Shown here: one piece after another, positions 54,101 through 62,983 of the stretch
Position numbering within the stretch: position 1 is the stretch's first letter
How the letters are laid out: each line of letters opens with the position of its first letter
Assembly (NCBI GenBank): GCA_963532875.1
Contig: CAUSLO010000001.1
Span: forward strand, 17,867-81,866
DNA from: an uncultured Clostridia bacterium
Lineage (GTDB): Bacteria; Bacillota; Clostridia; Christensenellales; CAG-917
Reading direction: 5' to 3'
Length of the DNA stretch: 64,000 nt
Notes under the pieces: model-generated
Seen by the model: only the letters and a program-made list of their open reading frames with translations
The model's database searches: none
What the model was told of the DNA's origin: nothing
Translations under genes and position numbers: made by a program

Positions 54101-57100
54101 AGAATGAGACATATCATGACTTCATAATTAATCAATTGAAGGTTGAACAATTAGATGGCAACTATGAAGAGTTCATGAAAAACTATGAATTGTTTGGTGG
54201 CAATGTATATTCATATGATGGATCAACATATTCAAAGACAAAAGAAGCAAATGATTATGATTTATCTCAAGGCGAGCAAACAGTCAATAATATTGAATAT
54301 AAGAATGTAATGGTTCTAAAGAGAAAGAGAATAATCTTTACAGATACAGCACTTAGAGCAAAAGATAAAATATTTGATGGATACAATCAACACGGAAGAG
54401 TTAATGCTGATGTTGAATATGCTCAAAGCGATACGTTTGCAGTTGGTGAAGACGATAAAGTTGAAATAGGTTTAAGGGCTGTATTTAGAGAAAGAAACGT
54501 AAAACGTGATAACAATAACGAACCTATTAAAACAACTGTTATGGTTGAAGTTCTTGGATTGAGAAACAAAGAAGAGATGCCAGCAGAAGACTACAAGAGA
54601 AACTATATCTTGGAAGTAGATTATTCAAATACAACTAATTTTGAGTTTGAAGAAGACATTAAGGTAAAAGCGTTCAGAACCGAAGCAATATTAAAGCCAG
54701 CACCAGTTGTTGTTAATGATTTCAATTTAGAAGAAAAACAGTACGATGCAAGTCCAGTTGCAAGAACAATTGAGCCAAAGGACATTGTTGGATTACTTAA
54801 TAACGACAACGATAAGGACGGTTATAAGATTACAGTTCAATCATCAACATATGCTACAAAAGATGTAGAGTTAGATAGTGATGGAAATCCAACAGCAAAG
54901 AGCGGTATAGTTTACAACGCAAAGATTGAAAGAAAGAAATCTGGAAGCAGTAACTATATATTGGCATACATTGATAACGATTCTACAGAAACACCATACT
55001 TTGAAAAAGACGGTAATAAGTATTATCTATTACCAGTTTCAACACGCTTTATAAGAGAGGCTAACTATAATGAATCTCTACACGCAGATAAGGTAGTAGG
55101 AAAATATTTCCACAACGGCGAAGAAGGCTATCTAGTTAAGTCAGGAGTAGCATTAGGTGCAGTTGCAACAACAATAGGCGAAGTAAATTACGCAGGTGCA
55201 ATGGGAAAAATCACAAAGGCAAAAATTAGGGTAAACTTTGAAATCAAGACAGACAGTGATATGTATGATTTTTCAAAAGCATCATTGTGGAAATACTATG
55301 ACGGAACAAAGAGTTTTGGTGGTCAGTATGGTATTGACTTCCAATTCAAGAGTGCAACATTGAAAGGTAATGATACATGGAACGAAACAGACGTAGATAT
55401 AGTTGCAGAGTTCAGAAATCGTACAGTTGGAAGAACGGATATTGTTTTGAAGTGCAAGTTTACAAGTAACGCAAATCCTTTATCAAATAACTATGACTTT
55501 GATGAATTAGGAACAACAATAAACGGTTGGATACTTGCTCCTAGAATGAATATTACAGTTAAGAATATAGATTTGCAGTATGGACACAGATTAGAAAGTA
55601 AGCATTTAGATAATAAGTATACAATCCTAAAGACGGGCGGTATAGAAGTAGAATTAAAATATATTGACAATATTTTTTACATGCCATACGACGATTACAA
55701 AGATTTATTTAAACAAGAACCAGATACAAGTTTGAGATATGGACTTGTTGATGGGAAACCAATACAAGAAGATGCTGGTGGATATGTTAAGTTAGATGTT
55801 GAACTTGACATGTCTATCAATTCAAATTTAAGCAATAACCAAAAAGTTGGAGATTCAAAAGAATTTACAGTATACACTAAATCACCAGAGAATAAAGTTG
55901 AACCAAGAGTACAGTATGAAGATGGGGCTGCTAATGGAAAAGTAACCATTGTTAAAGCAAAGGTATATGTAAGCCCAGTTGGAACATATAAATATGAATA
56001 TGGCTCAGGATGGGACAAATGGGATAAGAAGCAAATTAAACTATTGTTCTCACAAAATGAGAATGACGAAGTAAATGGTTTAGTTGGCGGAGATAAAGCA
56101 GAAAATGAGTTCAGCAATTATGAGAATTTATTGAATGATATTAAGTTCTATAAATACAGCCCAAGTAATCCTAATGGGGACGAATTAGACGCTAGACCAA
56201 AATATGTTGGAGATCTAGAGGATGGTGAAGTATACAGAATGAAGTTGCCTGATGGGTTCTCAAGTTTATCAAGTTCTAAGTATGATGTCGTAATGAAGGA
56301 TGTTAAATACTGGAAGGGCGGTGGTTTAGAAGTAACAGAAGCACAATTAAAGATTAGCCAAAAAAAGGAATTGGAATTCTATTACAATGGTGAAACAGCA
56401 CTTGAACAAGCAAAGAAAATTCTTAACTTAGAAAGCATACCGGCAGAGCAAGATGGAATAGATGAAGTAACATTCAAGTTTACACAAATCAAAAAAGAAG
56501 GAAACAGTGAATTAGACATTGCACCAAATGACCCACTTCAAGCAGGCGACTACTTTGTTGAGGTTACTTTGGTTAGAAGGTTTAAGGATGACCCAAATAA
56601 TTATGCATACAAGAAAGTAGTCATTAACACGAGAACTGATGGAAAACCAGGTGCACCACGAATCACTATTAAGAAGTCTCAAATACACTTTAAACATGGT
56701 GATTTAAATGATGAATATAAATATGGCGGTGTACAAGATCAAAATGTTAGAAAGCTTGAAATAACTGACAATTATAAAGACACAATAAGTGCTGATGACT
56801 TTGAGTACAAATGGGAAAAGAGAGTCGGCTCAGAATATGTTGAAGAATTTGAGTTGGGAGTTGGAGCATATAGAGTTGTCTATACATTAAAAGCAGACAA
56901 AAAAGAATTTTATCAGAGAAACTTCACGAATATTAGATATCAATATGCGTATGAAATTTCACCAAAGATAGTTACTGTTAAGATTAAGAACGAACTTACA
57001 TATGACATTGAAAATAGAGAATATGTACTGCGTGAGGGATTTGTTGGAGAAACCAACCCGATTAGTATCGAAACAGAAACTGAAAGTGATGGAGATAAAT

Positions 57101-57837
57101 TAAGTGATATTTATGTTCAATATTATAAGTACTATAAAGAAAGAGATAAGAGAAATTCTGAAACAATAACAAAACCAGGAAGATATCTATTTGATTTCAT
57201 GTCAAGAGAAAACAAGGAAATTACAAGAAAGAATATTGAATTTAGATATATGATGAGAAAAGGCGATAGCGACCAGTACTACGATATAGATAGAGCAAGT
57301 AGATTTGCAGTAGAATTACACACCAACAGCGTTAAGGCAAGTAACGGCTCTTCAGCAAATACAATCGGTGAAACTCAAATAGTTGCGTCTGAGTTATATT
57401 TGAAACAATTGGTTAGAGGTGCAGATTTAGAAGGTACAGCAGCATATGCAACAATAGATAACATCTTTAAACATAATAATATGAAATTGACGGCAAATAA
57501 CATATACAAGGTTAGAGTTAAAGATGGCGAAAGAATAGTTGAACTTAATGGTAATATGAAATATAGGATTAAGGTAGGTAGAGGTACAGATAAGACAAAA
57601 CTATATAAATACTCAAATGGTCAATTAGAAGAATTGAAGGCAAAGAAGAATGGCGAGTACCTAGAATTCACAGCGGAGGATTTGGATTATTTAGTAGTAG
57701 CAAAGTATACCTTAAGTAGAGAACAAAAGATAACAATTGCAGTATCGACATCAGCAGTTATTATAGCACTTGCAATAATAGGTGGAGTTGTAGCGTTTGT
57801 AATCATAGATAAAAAAAGATATGTAGCGAGGAATTAA
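48115..57837 (+). CDS. giant surface protein, 3,240 aa: signal peptide, Ig-like region, MBG-type repeats, C-terminal membrane anchor
   Basis: ATG 48115 follows RBS AAAGGGTGG (48101-48109). Signal peptide ...IFFFILLLAMLVSIFFINSNVNKVFA/AS. D.AGN-type Ig-like signatures (WIKDQAGNVGALYKRYLKVDPT, VDRTAPGE). C-terminal TM ITIAVSTSAVIIALAIIGGVVAFVII plus DKKRYVARN (about 57730-57834). Confidence 0.88.
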   Translation: MNISSKKNIKLFNRIFFFILLLAMLVSIFFINSNVNKVFAASGEHGGSDIVPPYTFDKLVNTGNDTYEFDMKTHLNEPHGDFSWFSDVPYTHNGNGDNSYTIHRNDGSGEDTVKMVLNYKIPEEIKNLLERYPNAFELSYTATVNLNDSNGRLYYAFIGALKGSDSFSSTNLLGEKTKSFESFVNTHGSNLQSSSRKPSYSGAWDYTSNLTGNFSSTLNETNKYISLLYYNYTWGSKKYHPKNLKGSVSNFKLLLKRKSTMGLLKPHIAGNENGFSGSNLKKKVADYDIFGANYDNISNEYSKIKNDVESRLDSIEIDGQKAKVDMLSLASKIIEKDGRNCYKWASFVFEDWTALNDEMTAKFIDPSQDYKQLKALKIGDETVQLTHDKSSGTIKVDGEEVGQYEYEKIGSKVRLTLYLTKNAVFEVIAINQFDVEYKVECKFNGIHQSQTITGVSDTEFASSDNLGSVSEWLHSSTNGSFDVTQADDDSGFNMFYYAISRSNDGNFGSANSFDLNDLKGKMPIGYGKMPKISYDATTGFINGKTPIFSSGGVTQTGYYRLEIVSLSLGGGISSVKTVYFKLDKDEPTTTIKKLVGDTNEVVQTVDNEKWFNKKMTVEFLLTPNITGNYIEYTFGDDQVKLYFKNNKITGINETKNLSETQITQDGIQYKIEQSGTQTKITAIFGDTPNAQGVYPNVNIKSEFKTYVGENDEHPNPLFAKNTEWGNKVCIRVDRTAPGEVSINDEDEIASSTYGDAKWYTDRWIKKFEFELNAEELGSSLGEDYKDITFYAGIAKGEFPQHNGNNLDDVYTSLQDGDVDNYFSKVMRIKGSQIKDSFSKDFDLDLGDNSYGNRTMYFWIKDQAGNVGALYKRYLKVDPTKYQLRTEFYRAGLAENSEYMPEMQFVNEEGDEVSVAKRGEKIKVTTTLSDKLASYKLSTKFGKTDSTAVTQLLEQPAEHFKSTYFHPSSLINPNSPLSGIDEGSFMYDLGFGDETKKFTDGANGVGNEQNVIRFKYEYKKIVSYQINTFVSEYLGENFKLNTEIDEDVDSELEVLKTLFETSTGIVSFTTKDDIPVVGKVNVGQYKVKVSLENASQQLKDAYIIESFEHDYTIVKRNATVRVKKNLEKTYKQSMNLNDPSNIVYEIQNLVGEDANEFNTTGQLTGLSGTVKLETATAMEDLNVGLYKVIADQEFDHQNYQFEFVEGNLNVKPFEINVRPQDVTKTYRDNDSSVQFEVDDIANITDIISNIEVVDIANRIYKGKDNQQVILRNSGEDVGEYLYRATAINFETNPNYKVKVDISTGKFTITKRNISLTPKADQGTKVRQESDITEDFINSQVPEFDLDDSKFNGELAGSLGVKWDASVTGTNRDYDYELKLTEALNKNFNVTLAGTVKYKVEVIGDKVIVRNKTRLEYVYGDTNDVTYLGNEDKFEFDGVDVTGKNVTLTWDAIDYSNKNVGVYSETVANPQLTIDGVIHEVVCEPINIEVKQRVVDIKPTVVNDTKEYGADDGEYGIGYETLTDKDGGVLTVNSGSLGRMIQGEATTTTKFDDITDNNGYIYSSDRKYIIGVTQEFVLSNSNYRAELKEEKFLYIAKKKLDINDAGFIGKNKVFDNTAKFDIDYETEKIYNLAVVRPNEAYLYARETYYAEVGSDELSSSKGAKDIIFKQISLRGEKAYNYQILKSGQPVSQNDMFRSTGHMIEDVETIKLKKGWFSINKQYDGTNEINNGDVSIAQRLLSNLEKQIINATKFSSERVGTQEILNEVKFLFKNVDASAVTLEIASGESDISVEYEGSQWVVTVKNIPGKIIPREITPNDMDMTVEGSKDFTNITREYNATKNVTIEGILKNQSGIYAGVKLTFKAETESKDVGEYTISVTNIYSNNENFTAKNDVFTEYFLRSKVNITKAKLLPEIIFRERGAEYNGTTYLDVTDDETEFERDKSKVAYVSGKATVKSDKNLPIELKEELSKIKLSVSGSFTLSKDGIKNKDVNFEGENETYHDFIINQLKVEQLDGNYEEFMKNYELFGGNVYSYDGSTYSKTKEANDYDLSQGEQTVNNIEYKNVMVLKRKRIIFTDTALRAKDKIFDGYNQHGRVNADVEYAQSDTFAVGEDDKVEIGLRAVFRERNVKRDNNNEPIKTTVMVEVLGLRNKEEMPAEDYKRNYILEVDYSNTTNFEFEEDIKVKAFRTEAILKPAPVVVNDFNLEEKQYDASPVARTIEPKDIVGLLNNDNDKDGYKITVQSSTYATKDVELDSDGNPTAKSGIVYNAKIERKKSGSSNYILAYIDNDSTETPYFEKDGNKYYLLPVSTRFIREANYNESLHADKVVGKYFHNGEEGYLVKSGVALGAVATTIGEVNYAGAMGKITKAKIRVNFEIKTDSDMYDFSKASLWKYYDGTKSFGGQYGIDFQFKSATLKGNDTWNETDVDIVAEFRNRTVGRTDIVLKCKFTSNANPLSNNYDFDELGTTINGWILAPRMNITVKNIDLQYGHRLESKHLDNKYTILKTGGIEVELKYIDNIFYMPYDDYKDLFKQEPDTSLRYGLVDGKPIQEDAGGYVKLDVELDMSINSNLSNNQKVGDSKEFTVYTKSPENKVEPRVQYEDGAANGKVTIVKAKVYVSPVGTYKYEYGSGWDKWDKKQIKLLFSQNENDEVNGLVGGDKAENEFSNYENLLNDIKFYKYSPSNPNGDELDARPKYVGDLEDGEVYRMKLPDGFSSLSSSKYDVVMKDVKYWKGGGLEVTEAQLKISQKKELEFYYNGETALEQAKKILNLESIPAEQDGIDEVTFKFTQIKKEGNSELDIAPNDPLQAGDYFVEVTLVRRFKDDPNNYAYKKVVINTRTDGKPGAPRITIKKSQIHFKHGDLNDEYKYGGVQDQNVRKLEITDNYKDTISADDFEYKWEKRVGSEYVEEFELGVGAYRVVYTLKADKKEFYQRNFTNIRYQYAYEISPKIVTVKIKNELTYDIENREYVLREGFVGETNPISIETETESDGDKLSDIYVQYYKYYKERDKRNSETITKPGRYLFDFMSRENKEITRKNIEFRYMMRKGDSDQYYDIDRASRFAVELHTNSVKASNGSSANTIGETQIVASELYLKQLVRGADLEGTAAYATIDNIFKHNNMKLTANNIYKVRVKDGERIVELNGNMKYRIKVGRGTDKTKLYKYSNGQLEELKAKKNGEYLEFTAEDLDYLVVAKYTLSREQKITIAVSTSAVIIALAIIGGVVAFVIIDKKRYVARN
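51300..57010 (+). repeat. array of about 10 MBG-type (YGX) adhesin repeats, diverged
   Basis: Recurrent pattern: K-x-Y-(G/R/K) line, then G-x-L-x, then (V/A)G-x-Y, then NY-x-h-x-h-x-x-G-x-h-x-I-x-(K/P). Examples: VGQYKVKVSL...HDYTIVKRNATVRVKKNLEKTYKQS; VGLYKVIADQEFDHQNYQFEFVEGNLNVKPFEINVRPQDVTKTYRD; VGEYLYRATAINFETNPNYKVKVDISTGKFTITKRNISLTP; VGEYTISVTNIYSNNENFT; VGAYRVVYTL...YAYEISPKIVTVKIKNELTYD. Confidence 0.55.
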
Positions 57838-57839
57838 TT

Positions 57840-58289
57840 ATGAAGATAGCGATAGGTTGCGATCACGCAGGTATTGATATTAAAGATGAAGTCATCAGAG
57901 TATTAAATGACCTTAAAGTTGAAATTGTTGATTGTGGCACAGATTCACATGACAGTGTTGACTATCCAATTTTTGCAGAGAAAGTAGCAAATTTAGTTGC
58001 TTCAAAAAAAGTGGATGCTGGGGTGTTAATGTGTGGAACTGGTATAGGCATTTCAATAGCAGCAAATAAGGTTAAAGGTATTAGATGTGCTGTTGTTACA
58101 GATACATATACTGCTAAAATGACAAAAGAACACAACAATGCTAATATCATTGCAATGGGTTCTAGAGTGCTTAAAAAAGAGGCTGTGGAAGATATTATAA
58201 AGGCATGGTTCAACGCAGAGTTTTTAGGGGACAAACACCTAAAGAGAATTAACCTTATAGCAGATATAGAAAACAAGAACTTTAAGTAA
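57840..58289 (+). CDS. rpiB: ribose-5-phosphate isomerase B (RpiB/LacAB family)
   Basis: 149 aa. MKIAIGCDHAGIDIK, MCGTGIGISIAANKVKGIRCA, HNNANIIAMGSRV. ATG lies 2 nt after the giant gene stop. Confidence 0.92.
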   Translation: MKIAIGCDHAGIDIKDEVIRVLNDLKVEIVDCGTDSHDSVDYPIFAEKVANLVASKKVDAGVLMCGTGIGISIAANKVKGIRCAVVTDTYTAKMTKEHNNANIIAMGSRVLKKEAVEDIIKAWFNAEFLGDKHLKRINLIADIENKNFK

Positions 58290-58300
58290 TCGGAGCAGAG

Positions 58301-58621
58301 ATGATTGAGGAAATAGTAAGCAAAATTAAGAGTGCCGAAGATGAAGCGGATTCAGTTATTAAAGATTCATATTTAAGGGGACGTGATATCGTTTTAAGTG
58401 CAGAGAAAGAGGCGGAGAGAAAAGTTAAAGAAGCATTTAAAGAGGTAAAGGCTCAATCTGAGGAGAACGAGAATAAACTCTTCGAAGAACTAGAAAACAA
58501 CAATATTTCCTTTATAGAGCAAGAAAAGAAAGAATCAGAAGATAGATATAAAAAGAAACTTTCAAGTGTTGAAAAGTTTTCAGATATCATAGTGGAGAAG
58601 TATAAGAATAGCAGTATATGA
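58301..58621 (+). CDS. V-type ATPase small peripheral-stalk subunit (G/H-like)
   Basis: 106 aa, highly charged helix (AEKEAERKVKEAFKEVKAQSEENE). First gene of the cluster, with an ATGA overlap onto subunit I. The call rests on position and composition. Confidence 0.5.
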   Translation: MIEEIVSKIKSAEDEADSVIKDSYLRGRDIVLSAEKEAERKVKEAFKEVKAQSEENENKLFEELENNNISFIEQEKKESEDRYKKKLSSVEKFSDIIVEKYKNSSI

Positions 58622-60651
58622 TACTTGAAATGAAGAAACTTACTCTAATAGGTCATAAATCTATTAGACATAAACTATTTAATAAATTGAATAGTACCCA
58701 GAATGTAGAAGTTGTTTCGACAAAAGAATTTTCTAATACTTCCAGATTAGATAACCAAGAACAGTCAATTTTGATTCAGCAAAAAATGCAAAAGATTGAT
58801 TCAGTACTTGAAGAGATTAATCAGACAAAAAATGATGCAAAAGTTTCAATTGACAAATTCGTTGATGTAGATAAGAACAAGTATAAAAAAATAAGTCAGG
58901 AACAAATAACTTCACTCGAAGAGTTTGAGAGTATTGGAGTAAAAGAAATAGAGTTGTTAAGTGTTGCTGATGAAGTTATCGAATTAGTAAAAAAGAAAGA
59001 CGAACTTAAAAAATCTAATACTCAATTTGAAGAATTAATTTCCAGGATATCTAAGTATCGTAATGTAGATATTGAGTTTAATAAAATCAAAGACACAGAA
59101 AGATGTGCAGTTATTTTGGGGTCAGTTAATCTGTCAAAAATGACAAGACTTAAAGAGATAGCAAGCGAAGAGAACTATTGTATTGAGTATATACAACAGA
59201 AAAATGAGATTATCTTTATTGCAGTTTCGTTTAGAGAAGAAAAGGATAAGTTATTAAGTAAACTTAATGAATTAGAATATATTCCTTGTAGTGAGAACTT
59301 TGATAAAAAACCAAATGAAATTTTATATGAGTCAGAGAAGAATATAAGAAATAACAGAGCAGAAATTGAAAAAATAACATACGATATATTAGCAAAACGT
59401 AAGTATGTTAGAGACCTTAAAATACTATACGATTTTTACTTCACAGAAGTTGAACGTAACAAGGCTTTAGATGAATTCGCTACAACAAAAAAGAGTTTCA
59501 TCTTGGTTGGATATTATCCAAAAGAAAAAGAGAACGAAGTGGAGAAGATGTTGACTGAGTTGCCAACTGAACTAATCTATTTCTTAGATGAAGTAACAGA
59601 AGAAGATGATGTACCAACATTGGTTAAATCAAAGGGAATAATAGAGCCATATGAATACGTTACAAATTTATACTCAGCACCTAAGTATGGCAAAGATTTA
59701 GATCCAAATCCAATAATGGCAATTTTCTATTTCATATTCTTTGGAATGATGGTAGCCGACGCAGCCTATGGTTTGATTTTAACAGTTACAACTTTAGCGT
59801 TGTATTTCATAAAGAAACCAAGAAAAGGCAAGGGGCAGATGCTGTTACTAATTGCTATGGGCGGTATATCTACCATGATATGGGGAATAATATTTGGCGG
59901 ATATTTCGGAATTGATTTGGGTAAGTTCACTCATGGAAAGAGATACGCAGCCTTTAACCCAATAGAGGGAAATGGTCCTTTATTAACTTTAGGTATTTCA
60001 ATGGGACTTGGGTTCTTGCATATAATAGTTGGAATGTTCTTGAAGGCAATCAAACTTGGAAGAGAAAAAAGATATTTTGAAATTTTTTCTAAAGTAGTTG
60101 TATGGTATATGATATTTATTGGTATCGGAGTCTTAGCACTGGGTATGCTTGGACCATCACTAAAGATAAAGAATAGTAAATATATTAGTTATGCAGGGTA
60201 CGCAATTCTAGGGGTAAGTGTTTTAAGTATATTCCTTTCAGGTATGTACGGAAAGAAAGGAGCAAAAAAGATACTAGGTATATTTGGTGGCTTTGGTGAG
60301 TTATATGGCGGTATTGGATTCTTATCAGATATACTTTCATATGCTAGATTATTTGGTTTAGGACTTGCAGGTGGTGTAATAGCGATGGTTGTAAATCAAA
60401 TTTGCAACGTTGTTATTGATATATTTGTAGGAATTAATCCAGCATTGATAGCATTAGGATATATAATAGCAACACCAGTATTTATTATTGGTCATGGGTT
60501 TAATATAGGGTTATCTACTTTAGGAGCATTTGTTCACAATAGTAGGTTACAATATATAGAGTTTTTTGGTAAGTTTTACGAAGGTGGCGGACATTTGTTC
60601 AAGCCTTTTGGAACACAGAAAAAATATACGTATTTAGATTTACGGAGGTAA
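58618..60651 (+). CDS. ntpI: V-type ATPase subunit I (a-type membrane subunit)
   Basis: 677 aa. Soluble coiled-coil N-terminal half, polytopic C-terminal half with LSYARLFGLGLAGGVIA, the conserved essential-Arg region of a/I subunits. Confidence 0.88.
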   Translation: MILEMKKLTLIGHKSIRHKLFNKLNSTQNVEVVSTKEFSNTSRLDNQEQSILIQQKMQKIDSVLEEINQTKNDAKVSIDKFVDVDKNKYKKISQEQITSLEEFESIGVKEIELLSVADEVIELVKKKDELKKSNTQFEELISRISKYRNVDIEFNKIKDTERCAVILGSVNLSKMTRLKEIASEENYCIEYIQQKNEIIFIAVSFREEKDKLLSKLNELEYIPCSENFDKKPNEILYESEKNIRNNRAEIEKITYDILAKRKYVRDLKILYDFYFTEVERNKALDEFATTKKSFILVGYYPKEKENEVEKMLTELPTELIYFLDEVTEEDDVPTLVKSKGIIEPYEYVTNLYSAPKYGKDLDPNPIMAIFYFIFFGMMVADAAYGLILTVTTLALYFIKKPRKGKGQMLLLIAMGGISTMIWGIIFGGYFGIDLGKFTHGKRYAAFNPIEGNGPLLTLGISMGLGFLHIIVGMFLKAIKLGREKRYFEIFSKVVVWYMIFIGIGVLALGMLGPSLKIKNSKYISYAGYAILGVSVLSIFLSGMYGKKGAKKILGIFGGFGELYGGIGFLSDILSYARLFGLGLAGGVIAMVVNQICNVVIDIFVGINPALIALGYIIATPVFIIGHGFNIGLSTLGAFVHNSRLQYIEFFGKFYEGGGHLFKPFGTQKKYTYLDLRR

Positions 60652-60656
60652 ATGAA

Positions 60657-61127
60657 ATGACAGTAGGAGCAGCATTAGCAATTTTAGGTGCCGCATTGGC
60701 AGCAACATTTTGCGGAATTGGTTCAGCAATTGGAACAGGTATGGCAGGTAAGGCAGCGGCTGGGGTTACAGCAGAATCCCCAGATAAGTATTCAAAAGCC
60801 TTGCTATTACAAATCTTGCCTGGTTCACAAGGTATTTATGGACTTTTAACGGCGTTCTTGGTTTTTGGTAAAATTAACTTATTTACAACTACATTACCAT
60901 TGACACTAGAAAAAGGTTTGATACTTTTCTTTGCATGTTTGCCAATGGCATTGGTTGGATTAATCAGTGCAATATATCAAGCAAAGGTCGCTATATCAGG
61001 TATTATGATGATTGTAAAGAGACCAGAAGAAAGTGGTAAAGCAATTACTTTCTGTATCATGGTTGAAACATACGCAATCTTGGCTTTGCTTATTTCTCTA
61101 TTAGGAATTCTAATTCCAAAGATGTAG
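60657..61127 (+). CDS. ntpK: V-type ATPase proteolipid subunit K
   Basis: 156 aa, four hydrophobic helices (duplicated hairpin). Gly-rich helix GIGSAIGTGMAGKAAAG and a carboxylate in IMVETYAILAL. Confidence 0.88.
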   Translation: MTVGAALAILGAALAATFCGIGSAIGTGMAGKAAAGVTAESPDKYSKALLLQILPGSQGIYGLLTAFLVFGKINLFTTTLPLTLEKGLILFFACLPMALVGLISAIYQAKVAISGIMMIVKRPEESGKAITFCIMVETYAILALLISLLGILIPKM

Positions 61128-61131
61128 TGAT

Positions 61132-61710
61132 ATGGCTTTAGAAAACATTATCAACAAAATCAAAGAAGATTCTATACGAAAGGCGGAATCATTTGTTGCG
61201 TCTCAACAAGAGAAAGCAGATGAGATATTAGCAGAGGCTGAAGCTAAAATAGAGGCTATAAAGCAAAACGAAGATGCCAAAAGAAGCAAAAGGTTAGACT
61301 CAATAAAAGATGCAGAGACAGTTCTAAATAAACTTGAGATTCGTAAAATCAAGTTAGAAGAGAAACGTAAAATTCTAGACGAGATATATAACAAAGCATT
61401 AGAAAAAATATTGAAGTTATCAAAGGCAGAATATAAGAAAATTGTTATGAAGCAACTTAATGCTATTCAAGACGGAGACATTGTTTACCTATCTGAGAAA
61501 GAACAGGGGGTAGTACTCAAGAAAGATATAGACGAAATTGCAAAGAATAAGGGTGTAAAAGTTACGTTATCAAAAGATCTAAATTCTAATATCGCTGGAA
61601 TAGTAATAGAACGAACAGATATGTCTTTAGATTTTAATATAGTTTTAGAATTGAAGAATTTTGTTAATGAGATGGAAGGAGAGATAATTAAGGAAATATA
61701 TAATGAGTGA
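61132..61710 (+). CDS. ntpE: V-type ATPase subunit E
   Basis: 192 aa. Long charged N-terminal helix (QQEKADEILAEAEAKIEAIKQNEDAKR) plus a C-terminal globular part. Position between K and C. Confidence 0.7.
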   Translation: MALENIINKIKEDSIRKAESFVASQQEKADEILAEAEAKIEAIKQNEDAKRSKRLDSIKDAETVLNKLEIRKIKLEEKRKILDEIYNKALEKILKLSKAEYKKIVMKQLNAIQDGDIVYLSEKEQGVVLKKDIDEIAKNKGVKVTLSKDLNSNIAGIVIERTDMSLDFNIVLELKNFVNEMEGEIIKEIYNE

Positions 61711-62647
61711 TTACGTTTTTCAAAATGCAAGATCTAAGTTTAAAGAATTAACAACACTAGATAAAACAGATCTAGAAAAACTTTTAGTTGCAGAAGATGA
61801 AAAAGAACTCATGCAATTCTTGTCTGAAAAGAAAGGAAAGGAATTTGAAAGTTTCGATCAATTTAGAGAAAGTGAAGAATTGGAAACTTTCCAAATGTTG
61901 AAAGAAAATCCAGATGGGAAAGCATTAAGACCATTAATTATCTTAGAGGACTATAAGAACTTAAGAGCATATGTAAAGGCAAAATTTTCAAATATAGAAG
62001 TCAAAGAGCCAATACAAGACGGACTATATCTAAGAGAAAATTTGAGAAGTTTTGTTAATACGCTTGATAGGACGAAAGCATCAAGTTATATGTATGACGC
62101 AGTAACGGCTATTGAAAGAGAGAAAGAAAAGGATTCATTTAAGAATTCAGATATTGACGTAATACTTGATAAGTACATGTATAAAGAAGTGTTAAGTTTG
62201 GCTAATAAGAGCCTTAAGAAATACTTTAGTAAATATATAAATCTAATTAATCTAAACACGATGGTTAGATGTAAAAAGTTGAACTTAGACGCTGAGGCAT
62301 ATAAGTATTACTATCTCAGTCAAAGTGAAAAAGATGGAGACCCAGAAAAGATATATTCCAAGACTCCAGAAGAGGCATACAGTGAAATTTTCTTTGGGAT
62401 GTATGATGTACCCAAAGTTAGCGGCGATATATTCAATAACGAAATAAACTTGGATATTTTTGCATATAAATATTGGGGAAGTTCAAAGTGGGATTATGAA
62501 ACAGAAAAACCAATTTTCTATCTATACTTTAAAAGAAGATTGATTTTAAAAATTGTAAACCTAATATATTCACTTAAGAAGTTTAAAGAATCTGCAGTGC
62601 TTAAAATAGAAGATATTCAAGAAGTTATAGGTTACGCATTTAGTTAG
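61703..62647 (+). CDS. ntpC: V-type ATPase subunit C (d-type)
   Basis: 314 aa, helical. Operon position between E and F; overlaps E by 8 nt. Confidence 0.65.
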   Translation: MSDYVFQNARSKFKELTTLDKTDLEKLLVAEDEKELMQFLSEKKGKEFESFDQFRESEELETFQMLKENPDGKALRPLIILEDYKNLRAYVKAKFSNIEVKEPIQDGLYLRENLRSFVNTLDRTKASSYMYDAVTAIEREKEKDSFKNSDIDVILDKYMYKEVLSLANKSLKKYFSKYINLINLNTMVRCKKLNLDAEAYKYYYLSQSEKDGDPEKIYSKTPEEAYSEIFFGMYDVPKVSGDIFNNEINLDIFAYKYWGSSKWDYETEKPIFYLYFKRRLILKIVNLIYSLKKFKESAVLKIEDIQEVIGYAFS

Positions 62648-62655
62648 GAGTAGAG

Positions 62656-62973
62656 ATGGAAAGAGAAAACATAGCAATAGTAGGATTAACAGATGCAATA
62701 TTACCATTCAGCACTTTTGGCATACATTGCGAAAAACTAAATAGATTAAGTGATGCTGGCGAGAGGGTTAAGTTATTGGCTAGACAATACAGCATAATTA
62801 TGATTGAGGAAGAAATAGCATCTGAGATAGACTATTTAATAACAAGATATAAAACGCAACCATATCCAATTATTTTAGTCTTGCCATCGGCAGATTTTGA
62901 AAACGGATATGCAATGCAAGAGATAAATAAAAATATTGAGAAAGCAATAGGAACAAGCATTAATTTAAATTAA
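62656..62973 (+). CDS. V-type ATPase subunit F
   Basis: 105 aa, alpha/beta-like ([18 protein letters not shown]...IIMIEEEIA). Lies immediately upstream of the catalytic A subunit. Confidence 0.65.
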   Translation: MERENIAIVGLTDAILPFSTFGIHCEKLNRLSDAGERVKLLARQYSIIMIEEEIASEIDYLITRYKTQPYPIILVLPSADFENGYAMQEINKNIEKAIGTSINLN

Positions 62974-62983
62974 AGAGGTCAGA

